From: Octopus sinensis
Taxonomy: Eukaryota
DNA: 64,000 nt
Assembly (NCBI RefSeq): GCF_006345805.1
Contig: NC_043002.1
Location: 65,162,001-65,226,000 of the forward strand
Direction of reading: 5' to 3'
In this document: piece by piece, positions 1 through 12,544 of the stretch
How positions within the stretch are numbered: the first letter of the stretch is position 1
How the letters are laid out: every line of letters begins with the position of its first letter
Translations under genes and position numbers: made by a program
Notes under the pieces: model-generated
What the model saw: only the letters and a program-made list of their open reading frames with translations
Database searches by the model: none
What the model was told of the DNA's origin: nothing

Positions 1-26
1 CTAGCTGTTGGAAATTCTCATATTAT

Positions 27-368
27 TTTCTACTGTAGGCACAAGCCCCGAAATTTTAGGGATGGGGGTCAGTTGACTGGATCGACCCCAATATGCAACT
101 GGTACTTAATTTATCGACCCCGAAAGAATGAAAAGCAAAGTCGATCTCGGCGGAATTTGAACTCAGAACGTAGCGGCAGACGAAATACCTATTTCTTTAC
201 TGCCCACAAGGGGCTACACACAGAGGAGACAAACAAGGACAGACAGACGGATTAAGTCGATTATATCGACCACAGTGCGTAACTGGTACTTAATTTATCG
301 ACCCCGAAAGGGCGAAATACTGCTAAGTATTTCGCCCGGCAGGCTAACGTTTCTGCCAGCTTCGCGCC
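27..368 (-). mobile_element. tRNA-derived SINE family A, two joined copies (27-188 and 189-368)
   Basis: Reverse complement of the family A body (GGCGAGCTGGCAGAA...GTTCAAATTCCGCCGAGGTCGACTTTGCCTTTCATCC) repeated many times in this window; the second copy has an internal deletion. Confidence 0.85.
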
Positions 369-694
369 TTCAAAAACCTCATATTACCAATATTGAATCA
401 TCATTTTGTACTGCTGCATCATCTTTAAAAGTAAAAATTCGTGAGTATAGTTGTTGTAGTTATTATAGTTGAGAGTGTTTGGAACGTAGGTAACTAGTAC
501 TTCTTTTTACCCAGGAAATTTTCCTCAAATGTGCTCCTATTTTAATTGAGGTAGTTAATAATATATATAGATCAATTTTGGTGTTAAACATTCTATATTC
601 TGTTTTGTGTTCGATATGTTTCTCCACAATAACGTCTACTTTGATATTTTTCTATTTTCAAATCATGTCGTGTAAAGTGGGTTAAAACGAGCCA

Positions 695-923
695 CGAGCT
701 GGCAGAATCGTTAGCACGCCGGGCGAAATGTTTATTGGTATTTCGTCTGCTGTTACGTTCTGAGTTCAAATTCCTCCGAGGTTGACTTTGCCTTTCATCC
801 TTTTGGGATCGATAAATTAAGTACCAGTTACGCACTGGGGTAGATATAATCGACTGAATCATTCGTTCGTCTGTCCTTGTTTTCCTCTCTATGTTTAGCC
901 TCTTGTGGGCAATAACGAAGTAC
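695..923 (+). mobile_element. SINE family A, full length, with 11-bp target-site duplication
   Basis: A-box-like TGGCAGAATCG and B-box GTTCAAATTCC; AAAACGAGCCA at 684-694 and 924-934. Confidence 0.9.
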
Positions 924-1511
924 AAAACGAGCCATGACTAACATCAATTTCTTCTCTTTAGTGCTATGGTACGCTAATATATCGGGAAGGAAGTCACTCC
1001 AGCATGTCGTGAAGAAACTATGATGATTATTTTATGCTAAATTTTCTTTTACTTTGTTTAGTTTCGTCAATTTCATATCATGTGCCATTTTTCTATGATC
1101 CTCTTTCATTTGACAGATATTTGTCAATATTTTTGTGTTTCGAATCTCTCCGATGTCTAGGGATGGATATTGATATATATGAGTTTGTTTTCAAATGTAA
1201 TTCTGTAGAATTGAAGAGGAAAATGTCCCTTGCATAGCTGACTCATTTTGGTCCATTTTGGTAGCATTTGTTTTTTATGTGGTCAAAGAGAACGGAGATA
1301 ATCTTCTGATATAGTGTTCAACTTATGTTATAAAGTTTTAAATACATTTAGAGAAGGTGATTTGCTTAGAAGGTATAGTTTTCGTAAGGTTGCGACCATT
1401 TGTAAATAGCTATATTTCTTTTCAAATTCAAAAGTGCAGTAAAAGCAATTTTTTTTTCAGTGAATCTCTGGTACAAACTGGCACACGTCTTGTTTCTGAA
1501 TAGATTCCAGC

Positions 1512-1557
<46 letters not shown>

Positions 1558-2365
1558 TGTGTTATATTTCAATATGAGACTGGTTTTGTGTTTTGTTGTT
1601 TCTAATTTCTAATATTATTAGACAAGTGCTTCGTCTATATTGAAATGAGTGTTATGTAATGTTTTCTTACAATGCGCCTTTTTGTTTTGTTCAGTTAGAT
1701 ATATTTCGCATCTGCTACATAAATTATTCTGAGTTTCGAGTACCAGGCGGTTGTTGTGTATGTGTTTAATATAGTATTACATGATAACTTTTTAAAGTCA
1801 TCTCTAAGAATCTTGTATTGAAAATCGTTTTGTATTGTATTGTCGAGTCAGCACCGAAAGTTTCGACTTTTCGTTCACGCATACGTCTAATGTAAAGTAT
1901 GCGATCGATGATAGAAAAAAAACAAGAAATGGGTGTACATGCATGTTTCAGGTGTTATTGCTCTTTCTTCAGTATAACTAAATTCAGTGTCTCTCCCAGC
2001 AGTTAATGCGGTAATTATGTCGAATAAGTATTGCCTGGGTTGTTATAGGTTCATTGATTTTCTTGACTATTACTTGTTTCTTGTGATTTAGCGTATTTCT
2101 AGTTAGGATTTACTCTGTTGAATGTGTGATTTGTTAGGAGATATTTTATTGGATTTGGGATGATGCCCGTGAGTAGATGAATGGCAGTAATCAGCATGGC
2201 CTTGAAAATGTTGAATCATCGTAATTGTCATCGTCATCATGATCATCATCATCATCGCCGTCGTCGTCGTCGTCATCATCGTCATCATCGTCAAACTCAT
2301 TGTTGGCATCCTTTTTTCAAGGGAGACAATGAAGTTGCGCATAAACTAACCCAATCTTGTTTTTA

Positions 2366-2366
<1 letters not shown>

Positions 2367-2418
<52 letters not shown>
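2367..2418. repeat. (ATT)n microsatellite
   Basis: Direct reading; flanks the R4/Dong fragment. Confidence 0.95.
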
Positions 2419-2419
<1 letters not shown>

Positions 2420-2870
2420 TTTTTTTTTTCTTCTTCCTTCAAATTTTCTTCCATTTCTTGCCGAGTGTCTTCCCGACTCCTAGGGCAAAGAAACTCATAG
2501 TGTATATTGGTAGGCCATTAAACCAAACTCAGAAGTTCGTTCATTTTTTTTTTTTTTTTTTTTTAAAGTAGATTAAAATACATGAGCAGCAACAGTTCTC
2601 ACATCGACAATGCTCTTCTCAATACGTGTGATGTACCAGTTAAGACAATCTTTTGCACTTCTTGCAGGGATGGTAAGCCAGGGATCATTCTCATATAATT
2701 TTCGGTTCCCTTCTTGATCATTCCTAGTGCTCTACGATCATTGGTATTGTAACCGCCTTGAGATGCCACATTTTCTCAATTTCAATGAGTAGGTCTTTAT
2801 ATTTCTGAGCTTGTCAAACTCTTTCGCTGAGATATTATGATCACAGGGGATGCTCATGTCGATCAATAAG

Positions 2871-2872
<2 letters not shown>
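2419..2872 (-). mobile_element. 5'-truncated R4/Dong-clade non-LTR retrotransposon (REL endonuclease C-terminus plus 3' UTR), copy 1
   Basis: Minus translation with frameshifts: CLLIDMSIPCDHNISAKEFDKL..KYKDLLIEIEKMWHLKAVTIP..GMIKKGTENYMRMIPGLPSLQEVQKIVLTGTSHVLRRALSM*. A-rich 3' end; flanked by (TAA)n on both sides. Confidence 0.85.
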
Positions 2873-2933
<61 letters not shown>

Positions 2934-2934
<1 letters not shown>

Positions 2935-3229
2935 TCACCTTTTTTCTTCAAAATTCTTCCGTTTCTCGCCGAGTGTTTTCCGTACATCTTGGGCAGAGAA
3001 GCTCAGTGTATGCCTTCTCAGATTACACGCGCAAATTCACAAGCAAAATATGTATTTAAAAATGTAATAAATAGATAAATTCATGAATGGATGTTGTTTT
3101 CACAGCTATAATGCTCTTCTTAGTATCAGAGACGTTCCAGTTAACACAATTTTTTGCATTTCTTGTAGGGATGGTAAACCTGGTATCATTTTCAAATAGG
3201 TTTCAGTACCTTTTTTATCATTCCTAGAG
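2934..3229 (-). mobile_element. R4/Dong-clade 3' fragment, copy 2 (diverged, shorter)
   Basis: LGMIK..GTETYLKMIPGLPSLQEMQKIVLTGTSLILRRAL and a 3' terminus homologous to copy 1; abuts (ATT)n at ~2872-2933. Confidence 0.8.
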
Positions 3230-3236
3230 AATGTAC

Positions 3237-3356
3237 ATAAAGTTAGGGTACTTGGGTATGACTCTAGGCTTCGTAAGAGAGTTTATAAGATAGTCCAAGA
3301 AGTTCAGAGGGCTAATTTATGCATATATATATATATATATATTATATAATATATAT

Positions 3357-3401
<45 letters not shown>

Positions 3402-3715
3402 ATATATATATGTATATATATATATATATATAATATATATATAACACATAATATATATATGTATATATAATATATATATTATATATATATATATATACAC
3501 ATACATATATATGTATGTATATATATATATATATATTATATATATATATATAACACATTCATATATATATATATATATATATATATAGATATATATGTAT
3601 GTATATATGGTGTGTGTGTGTATTATATATGCATTAATTAACCCTATGAACTTCTTGGGTATCTTATAAACTTTCTGAGGTAGTCTAGAGGTATACCCAA
3701 GTACCCTAAATTTAT
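3237..3715. repeat. Imperfect ~90-bp inverted repeat arms flanking a (TA)n-rich tract
   Basis: 3237-3328 (ATAAAGTTAGGGTACTTGGGTAT...TGCATATA) is the near reverse complement of 3626-3715. Confidence 0.8.
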
Positions 3716-4164
3716 CTAAATATCACTAAAGTACACTGAAAAGATGGAAATAACATGTGGGGTACTGTGGTCTCTTGGCAGAAACAGGTGTAAGAAACCG
3801 CTCTTCTTTCTCTATTCTAGAAATTTCTAGTAATTTACACATGTATATATATATTATCAGAACTGTTTTAAATAAATAAATATACATAATATAGTGTCTA
3901 ATAGCTCATGAATACTACCTCTGGACTCCCTCCATTTTCTTCTTCCGATATAAATCAAAGGTAAAATCACTTATCACCCTCGCCTAGTAATGTAACTGTC
4001 ACGCAATAACCAACACTTGTGTGTTAAGTGGGTATTCTACCAGCAGTATATTGGATACATAATATCCCTTAGTTGGTTGGATTCACAACCTCTAACTCAC
4101 TTTGAATAATTTATATTATGTATGTATGTATGTATATATATAATATATATATATTATATATATA

Positions 4165-4202
<38 letters not shown>

Positions 4203-4206
<4 letters not shown>

Positions 4207-5034
4207 ATAAAAGGCTGACGAAAGAAATGTCGAATTGTATTTGGCTCATCTAGAAACGTACGTTCTCAAATAATCTTTGCACTTGTGATTTTTAATGTTT
4301 TTACCCCCATACCTTCGTGGGTATTTTGAGTAAACACTATCTGAGAGAAATTTTCTTTAAGTATTAGAAATGGCTAAAAAATCTTTTTTTTGGCTGCTAT
4401 TTCTAATGAGTTCAGTATGTGGCAAAGTAATTTATTTTACTAAGCCCTTTTATACAATGTAATATTTTGAATTCGCCTTAAATGGTCCCTTTACATACTG
4501 AATACTTGGTGAAATTGATTAATAACTAATTAATTTTACCCTCAATTGTTGAAATTATAATTCATTTCTCTCTGTTTAATGCCTCGGTTTTCACCGATAA
4601 AATATGGTGTTTACTAGTCTGACCCACGTGGGTGGAAGGGGGGAGCAGGAATTCTTCGCTTGCATATTTTGAATTTGTTGGCACTGTTAGTTTGAACGGA
4701 TCTTCTGAGTTGAAAAGTCGCCAAAAGGGTATGCTCCTACTTTCAGTGTTTCCAAATCCGAATTAAGAAATTTTGGGCTGACGAAAGAAATGTCGAATTG
4801 TATTTGGCTGATCTAGAAACGTACGTTCTCAAATAATCTTTGCACTTGTGATTTTTTTTTTTTAATGTTTTTACCCCCATACCTTCGTGGGTTATTTTGA
4901 GTAAACACTATCTGAGAGAAATTTTCTTTAAGTATTAGAAATGGCTAAAAAATCTTTTTTTTTGGCTGCTATTTCTAATGAGTTCAGTATGTGGCAAAGT
5001 AATTTATTTTACTAAGCCCTTTTATACAATGTAA
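4203..5034 (+). mobile_element. Non-coding element with ~250-bp direct repeats (period 563 bp), each starting with a hammerhead motif; retrozyme/Penelope-LTR-like
   Basis: 4213-4462 nearly identical to 4776-5034; embedded in (TA)n; no long ORF in the supplied track. Confidence 0.75.
4772..4833 (+). ncRNA. Type I hammerhead ribozyme motif, canonical core
   Basis: Stem I TTTGGG/CTCAAA; CTGACGA 4778-4784; stem II AGA..GTCGAAT/ATTTGGC..TCT with an A.A closing mismatch; GAAAC 4816-4820; palindromic stem III AACGTACGTT; cleavage triplet GTT. The partner at 4213-4270 lacks most of the 5' strand of stem I. Confidence 0.7.
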
Positions 5035-5094
5035 AATTATATATATATATATGTATATATACATATATATGTGTGTGTACATATATATATATTA

Positions 5095-5125
<31 letters not shown>

Positions 5126-5329
5126 ACACATATATATGTATATATATATATATAACTGAGTATATAATATACATTATATTGATTTCAAATTTTGTCACGG
5201 GGACAGCAATTTCAGGAGAAGGATAAGGGAATTATATTACCAGTGTTCAACTGAGACTTATTTATCGACGTCGAAAGGATGAAAGACGACCTCGGCGAAA
5301 TGTATGATCCAAAGTGTAACTACATGTGG

Positions 5330-5519
5330 ATTGCTGGCGAATTTTTTTCCTCCATCTTCCTTTTCTTTTCGACTTTCCTCTGTCTCCTGTTTATGAAGAA
5401 GAACTTTGCTCGAAACGTATAACACCCTTCTTTTCCTTCCGCGAGCGACTTATTAATACTTTGCATGTTACATGTCCCCGCGTTGTTTTATCATGTTGTT
5501 TTATCATATTTTTATCCTA

Positions 5520-5521
<2 letters not shown>
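5330..5521 (+). mobile_element. Short element with decayed hammerhead motif (5388-5424)
   Basis: TGTTT-ATGAAGA-AGAAC-TTT-GCTC-GAAAC-GTA-TAACA; the 3' tail resembles 25633-25722 (+) and ~62200-62247 (-). Confidence 0.5.
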
Positions 5522-5560
<39 letters not shown>

Positions 5561-5585
5561 ACACACATACACACACACACACACA

Positions 5586-6049
5586 TTGTTTAAGCTATCT
5601 TTTCCTGGAAGAAGGTTTATGTTCCTAAAACCTGTGTTAATTCTGTAATCCTTTAAATTGGAAGACAAGAAAGTTCATTTTAGGCACTTGATGCCTTTCT
5701 TTTTCCGTAAAGGGAAAAATGCCTCACAAGCAACTAAAGAAATATGCGCAGTTTACAGTGATGTTTCTTTATACGAAATAACTGTACAGAAGTGGTTTGC
5801 AATGTTCCGAACTGGAGATTGTAGCCTTATTGATAAAGAGCGATCAGGCAGACTATCAACTACAGATGATGACAAAATTAAGTCACTAATTGAAAATAAC
5901 CCTCATTGCACAACCCGAGAATTGGCAGAAAGGCCCAACCTATCAAAATCCGTCGGTCATGAGCACCTGCTTAAGCTTGGGTAATGGCAAATATTTATTG
6001 ACCTTTTTCTTTCCTTTAAAAATTGGCACGAACTTTCCGGACAACCCAA
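5586..6049 (+). mobile_element. Internally deleted mariner element: N-terminal HTH of transposase (ORF 5658-5984) joined to the right TIR
   Basis: MEDKKVHFRHLM.FFFRKGKNASQA...WFAMFRTGD.SL.D.ERSGR...TTRELA resembles the mariner/Mos1-type HTH; TIR-like GGCACGAACTTTCCGGACAACCCAA at 6025-6049 followed by TA; no catalytic domain. Confidence 0.88.
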
Positions 6050-6335
6050 TATATCTCTATATCTCTCTGAAAGCATTAACAGATAAAAGAAATACCTGGT
6101 GCGGTATATATATATATTTACTCATAATTTAAATATACCAATATACTTATTATTCAAACATAATTCTTAAAGTCTATGATGAAAGCAAAGATGATCATTT
6201 TGATTTGTAAATATATTATAAAACGCAGTCAATAAATACAACCATCAACCTGTAAACTTATATCAACTAACATCTTAAATATTTTCTTTTGTGAAATAAT
6301 GAATAATGGATATATATGCATATATGCTGCACCTG

Positions 6336-6394
<59 letters not shown>

Positions 6395-7268
6395 CATATA
6401 TATGAGGATGGATGTTCTATGTATGCGTCTTTATACATACATATGCGTATATATACAAACTTATATAAATGTAAGTTGTACACATATATGTGTGAGTGTG
6501 TGTGTGTGTGTACATATTTATATATATATATACATACATAAATATATACATACATAGATACATACAAAAATACATGTATATATGTATGTATAGTACTGCT
6601 ACGGCTTGTCAGCTGATGGACGTCTTATTATTTGTTGGTTAGTCAATCTCTGTTCAATGACATGCAATATTGATTTCAGTGATGGCACTTAGAACCGGCT
6701 GATGATTCCCGGTGTCTAAAGCGAACATAAAAGACAAATCTCTACAGTTCTACAAGATTGATTGAATTTGAGTCTGGAATGACATTCTCTTGCAATAACA
6801 AAATGAATTAATGAAAATGACGAAACGTCAGTACCTTATTGGGTTACAGTGACATATCTCTGCACTTCACGTATCTCATTGTCTTCATGGTTAAAGATTT
6901 CATAGGTAAATATCCAGCAGAAAAGAAGACTAAGAGAACTGATAACCACTTCAAACGAGGGGTTTTTTTTTTATACGACAGAGGAATTTTGTTTTTCTTT
7001 TTTATTCTATTTTGGAGATTTCTGATAGAAAGTCTATGCCAGTCAACTGAGATTCGTTCCTACAGAAATCTGGATGCGGAGTTACAAGTCTGTTAATTTG
7101 TACGTTCTTTGCAGGGCTATATGTATTACGTGTGTGTATTATAATATACGCACATATGCACAAATGCACACACAGGCTCACATATACATAATACACACAG
7201 TCACATACACACAATCACACACTCACTCATATGAACAAAAGCACACACATATATATATATATATATAT

Positions 7269-7855
7269 AGGCGTGGCTATATGATGAAAAGTTTGCTTCC
7301 CAAGCACAGGGTTCCTGTTTCATTACGTGGCACCTCGGCTAAGTGCTTTCTGCTGTAGCCTTGAACCAATCAAAGCATTGTGAGTGGATCTGATAGGCAG
7401 AAACTGAAAACTGAAAAGGCGGCGAGCTGGCAGAAACGTTAGCACGCCGGGCGAAATGCTTAGCGTTATTTCGTCTGCCGTTAAGTTCTGAGTTCAAATT
7501 CCGCCGAGGTCGACTTTGCCTTTCATGCTCTCGGGGTCGATTAAATAAGTACCAGTTACGCACTGGGGTCGATGTAATCGACTTAATCCGTTTGTCTGTC
7601 CTTGTTTGTCGTCTCTGAGTTTAGCCCCTTGTGGGTAGTAAAAAAATAGGTATTTCGTCTGCCGTCACGTTTTAAGTTCAAATTCCGCCGAAGTCGACTT
7701 TGCCTTTCATCCTTTCGGGGTCGATTAAATACGTACCAGTTACCCACTGCTGGTGTTTTGTATGTTTACGTCCTCCTAAACTAGCGGCTCGCCAAAAATG
7801 ACTGGCAGAATGAATACCAGTAGTAAACAAATAAGTACTGCTGGCAATTCATTCG
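7269..7855 (+). mobile_element. SINE family B interrupted by SINE family A copies (7418-7649 full length, 7650-7748 partial)
   Basis: Family B head GGCGTGGCT...GTGGCACCTCGGCTAAGTG, then family A, then degenerate family B 3' part. Confidence 0.8.
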
Positions 7856-8154
7856 TGATATCCCTGTTTCGCCGCAGTCTTATGACTAAAACAAACGATA
7901 ACATATAAAGATATAATCCAGATAAGGTATGGATGTTATTTAGCACATCTTTATTACTAGTGACACTCAAGCATATAAATGTTTCCATATGCAAAGTTAC
8001 GTAATATATGAGGGGTATTACATAAGAGTAGTATTCTATAGCTCTGGTATGAATAGATGTGCTCTCACACTGAGTTAAGTGATGCCTTGTAGGTTCCTTA
8101 CATATAAAGGTGGAAGTAAGTAAAAAAAAAAAACAGTAAACTAACGGAAAAAGA

Positions 8155-8362
8155 CTTTTCTACTCTAGGCACAAGGCTCGAGATTTTGGGGGAGGGGGCC
8201 AGTCGATTACAATCGACCCCAGTACGCAACTGGTACATATTTTATCGACCCTAAAAGAAAAACTTGACCACGGAGGAATTTGGACTCAGAACGTAAAGAC
8301 ACACGATATAACATTAAGCATTTCGTCCGGTGTGCTAACGATTCCGCCAGCTCGCCGCCTTA
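8155..8362 (-). mobile_element. SINE family A
   Basis: Reverse complement of family A with the CTAGGCACAAGG tail variant. Confidence 0.8.
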
Positions 8363-8611
8363 ATAACAGAAAAACATCGAGACGATAATTATACGCGGGA
8401 GAGAGAGAGTGTGTGTGTGTGTGTGAGAGAGAGAAAGAGAGAGAGAGAGAGAGAATAGGAAAAGCCAAGAAAAAGTGTATCAGAAATACAACAATTAAAA
8501 TAAGAATATATACATGCATAAATATGTACGTGTGTATGTGAGAGTGCATGAGATTGTATGTGTATATATGTATGTATGTATTATGTATGTATATATGTAT
8601 CTATCTATCTA

Positions 8612-8622
8612 TAGATAGATAT

Positions 8623-8679
<57 letters not shown>

Positions 8680-8688
8680 CGGACAGAT

Positions 8689-8762
<74 letters not shown>

Positions 8763-8770
8763 ATAGATAT
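8612..8770. repeat. (GATA)n microsatellite
   Basis: Direct reading; similar tracts near 18334-18414, 26762-26912, 34187-34266, 55345-55408 and 56740-56820. Confidence 0.95.
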
Positions 8771-8851
8771 ATAGAGGTACAATGTATGGCACCTCGGGTT
8801 CGACATGGTCACTTCAACGCGATCTATGTTTTTCAAAATAAAATTATAATT

Positions 8852-8896
<45 letters not shown>

Positions 8897-9613
8897 AACA
8901 CATACATACATACATACATATTTGCGCACACACACACTCTCACACACACACACATATATATTCATTGTTTTCTTTTCTTTCCTAGACAGTGAGATAAACA
9001 AAACTAGGCTGAAACGTTTACTATTTAAGTCTTTCCAAACAACCTGTTATATTATCGTTCCGTCCCTTAAAATACTCTGCCTCGTGAAACGTGTCTCCTC
9101 GTCTCTCTTAAATCCGACCTAAACGTTCCGTCAATATTATCACATAACTTCAATTACCGCATTAATTTTCTTTAATTCTCTTTCTTAATATGCAATAAGT
9201 TACACGTGTCTCCAATCTTATACCATAGGCTCCTAAAAACTTAATAACATACCACAAGATTTATTCTTTTCTCTCAATACCTGGCGATAAACTTATTTAC
9301 TGCCTTAGGTACTTTCTTAATAATAGTCCAGTACAATACCTAATATAAGAGTTATTCCTTCATCAGAATATTGGAAAAATTCTCTTGGAATTCAACTTAA
9401 ATATGTTTCATATAAGTTAGAATGATTCCTGCTGAAAATTTTATAGAATATATAACCTGCTTATTTTTCTGACTTCCTTTCCTTTTTCATTTTGATTCCC
9501 GCCTTTCTAAATATGCCTGTACATTTATGTGTATGTGTTTCAATTACTCCTTCTCTCTCTCTCTCTTTCTCTTCCTTTGTCTTTATCTCCCTCTTTGTCT
9601 CTCCCTTTCTCTG

Positions 9614-9900
<287 letters not shown>

Positions 9901-10102
9901 ATAAATTAATATGTGCAATAAGAAAACATTATTTTCGAAATTTTTCTCTTATGAGGTTTTTCACGCTATCTACCCGATAATTTCTTATTAAGATTCCTTA
10001 TTAAGAAGTTGTCCTTAATTGCTATATATATATATATATATATATAACAGTTGCAGCGTGGAAGATGTTTATAAACTATTTAAGAACACACACACACACA
10101 CA

Positions 10103-10149
<47 letters not shown>

Positions 10150-10153
10150 TCAC

Positions 10154-10187
<34 letters not shown>

Positions 10188-10229
10188 TCGCGAGTCGGCT
10201 AAAAGTCCATAAGTCAGGGAAAGGATGCA

Positions 10230-10700
10230 CTCGTATATCTGTCAATAGATTGGGTATACTACCCGAAATGTACTCTAATATATAGCCATCACACACTGAT
10301 CTTACCAATCGGTTTCGCGCTAAGAATACAACGGCGTGTTATGTAACGATCGGATTATGTAATATAACGCTCATCAGAGTTAGCCGACATGGAAAGGAAT
10401 ATGGCGAGTGCTCTCTATTGTCGCAGGTAAAACGACGCATCTGGTTTGTGGTTGTTGTGAAAAAGATGGTGAAACGAAAATGGGCAGAGTATTAGGTCAG
10501 GAGTTACATGCCTTGGTTGGATTCGCTGTAAAGCCGGTAAAAATTATTTCGAAATGTTTCCTGCGTTATTAAGTCTGGTGCCCCTGTAGGGTTGGGGTAT
10601 GTGATATGTGTAATGGTGACATACGTTTAATATTATCCAGAGTATATATAACTATGATCCTTAGTCCGTTTTCTTTCTGTATTGGTAAAGGCCATAAGGA
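10230..10700 (-). pseudogene. Heavily decayed Penelope-like linker/GIY-YIG fragment
   Basis: Frameshifted minus-strand remnants ITY-P..LQG..RKHFEII, LCPF and RRFTCD resemble PLE motifs; alignment by eye only. Confidence 0.35.
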
Positions 10701-10847
10701 TTATGTTAGCCTTGCTGGGGCGTTCGTACATGAGTACATTGGTGTATGCTCTGGTCAAATTATTTGCTGGGTTCGAGGGTATCGGTGAAAGGCCGAGGTC
10801 GAGAACCTGTGGTTGCAGTCATGGTAGGCCGGAGGTACGATAGAATG

Positions 10848-11125
10848 TAGTTCCTTTCATGTGGACAAGGTTTAAGCACTTCACTCTTGCTACTCAGGTA
10901 AACATCCGGGTGTTGGGTACCTTTTAATACCGCTCACTTGTCATCCAGGCACAATTTGCATCTCCTACTGCTATTGAAGTGCGGTTTACACAACTCCAGG
11001 ATCTTCTACTTTATGTTGTACTGTGTGACGCTTTCTTTCAAATACCAAATGTGCTCAACCGGGGTTGTGGCGTTGCGTCTTGCTTGCATGAGACCATTGG
11101 AAGCCTTCTTGACACACAACCGAAT
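10848..11125 (-). pseudogene. Penelope-like element, GIY-YIG endonuclease C-terminal remnant
   Basis: NATTPVEHIWYLKESVTQYNIK*KILELCKPHFNSSRRCKLCLDDK*AVLK...LSSKSEVLKPCPHERNYIL matches the PLE pattern HIW.LK...I.W.IL..A.PY....K.C.LCL.EK...LN.RSE....C.H. Confidence 0.8.
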
Positions 11126-11127
11126 AA

Positions 11128-11263
11128 TGTGCGTGTGCGCGCGTGTGTGTGCGCGCGTGTGTGTGTGCGCGCGTGTGTGTGTGTGCGCGCGTGTGTGTGC
11201 GCGCGTGTGTGTGTGCACGCGTGTGTGTGTGCACGCGTGTGTGTGTGCACGCGTGTGTGTGTG
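11128..11263. repeat. (GTGTGTGCGCGC)n-type alternating purine-pyrimidine tract
   Basis: Direct reading. Confidence 0.9.
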
Positions 11264-11933
11264 TAGGTAAATGTATATAAATATGTGTTTGTGTCTGAAT
11301 ATATGTGTGAGTGTATGTATTTTACGCATGTATGTATGAACAAGGAATGAATTGGCACACAGTTGTACAGAGTGCGCTGTTTGTTCTTGCGCTCTTCACT
11401 CTAATTTGATGTGAATTATCATTTCGAGCTAAACAGAAATTACAAATTCAGAGCAGTGTATTAGCAGAAATGTTATAGAATCGCATCATTTGTCTTACGG
11501 TACATGTTCACGTTTAATGCATTCCAGCAGCAACGCATGCAACAATTCCTTACCAGCGGGTATCGACCCAATTCAGAGGTTTTTACCTGGATAAACAGCG
11601 GTGGTATTGAAATGCAATATTTACTAGTGGGGGCAAAAGAGCTGCAGATCCTCAAACAAATGTTGCCCATGGTTGAAACTAAGATGTTCAGATGCACGAA
11701 CACGATTGAATGAATTGGGCCCAACGTATGTATGTGTACATTTGCGTGACAAATCGTTTATTCATTTAATTATTTATGCTACCTGTCCCCATTTGTGTTG
11801 TGTTCTTTGTTACCTCTTATATGCGTTTGTCAAAGCGGATGTATGTAATCTCCTTTAGAGAGACTTAGTAATTTTAATATTTCTATTATTGAAAACAAGT
11901 GGATGTATTCCACTGAAACTAGGTAAATAGATT

Positions 11934-12066
11934 CTTCGAACAGGGACAGTCAGTAGCGACACCTGCTGGGTCTGACTACGCTGCATTGATAAAGGGCAAA
12001 TACCCTGAAACATGTCTGCAGCTGTCTGACTGGCAGGATGAAGCGGCTGACCTCCCCTGTTCGAAG
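11934..12066 (+). ncRNA. Type I hammerhead motif (11980-12022) with U3-A8 core at the tip of a long rod-like stem
   Basis: GCTGCA-TTGATAA-AGGG-CAAATA-CCCT-GAAAC-AT-GTC-TGCAGC. Stem I extends through GAC/GTC, CCTGCTGGGTC/GACTGGCAGG, GTCAGT/GCTGAC and CTTCGAACAGGG/CCCTGTTCGAAG. Confidence 0.7.
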
Positions 12067-12188
12067 GTTTATAATGGACGCAGGTTGTGTGTCAAATAGC
12101 TAGCTTGAGGCAGTGGCCTCTTGGAGCTAACCAGCGACAGCTTTCGTCTTATATTTATAAGACTGCCATATAAGTATGGCGATAACTA

Positions 12189-12281
<93 letters not shown>

Positions 12282-12363
12282 TAATAATAATAATTGAGGG
12301 AATATTATCCTAACTTACAAGGAAAAATTCAATTTAGAAATACTAAATCAAATTTCACAAAAT

Positions 12364-12408
<45 letters not shown>

Positions 12409-12493
12409 AAATTAGAAAAACCACTTATGTAATTTCTAGATAGTGTAACTTAGATTTTCATTTTGAATGATAAAATGTGTTATTTTTCTAATT

Positions 12494-12544
<51 letters not shown>

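Noticed and set aside
2181-2483. His/Arg-rich ORF
   Set aside because: Product of (CAT/CGT)n and (ATT)n repeats running into the R4 3' UTR.
6613-6836. Hammerhead from CTGATGG or CTGATGA plus GAAACGTC
   Set aside because: No stem I pairing adjacent to either core; at most a badly decayed motif.
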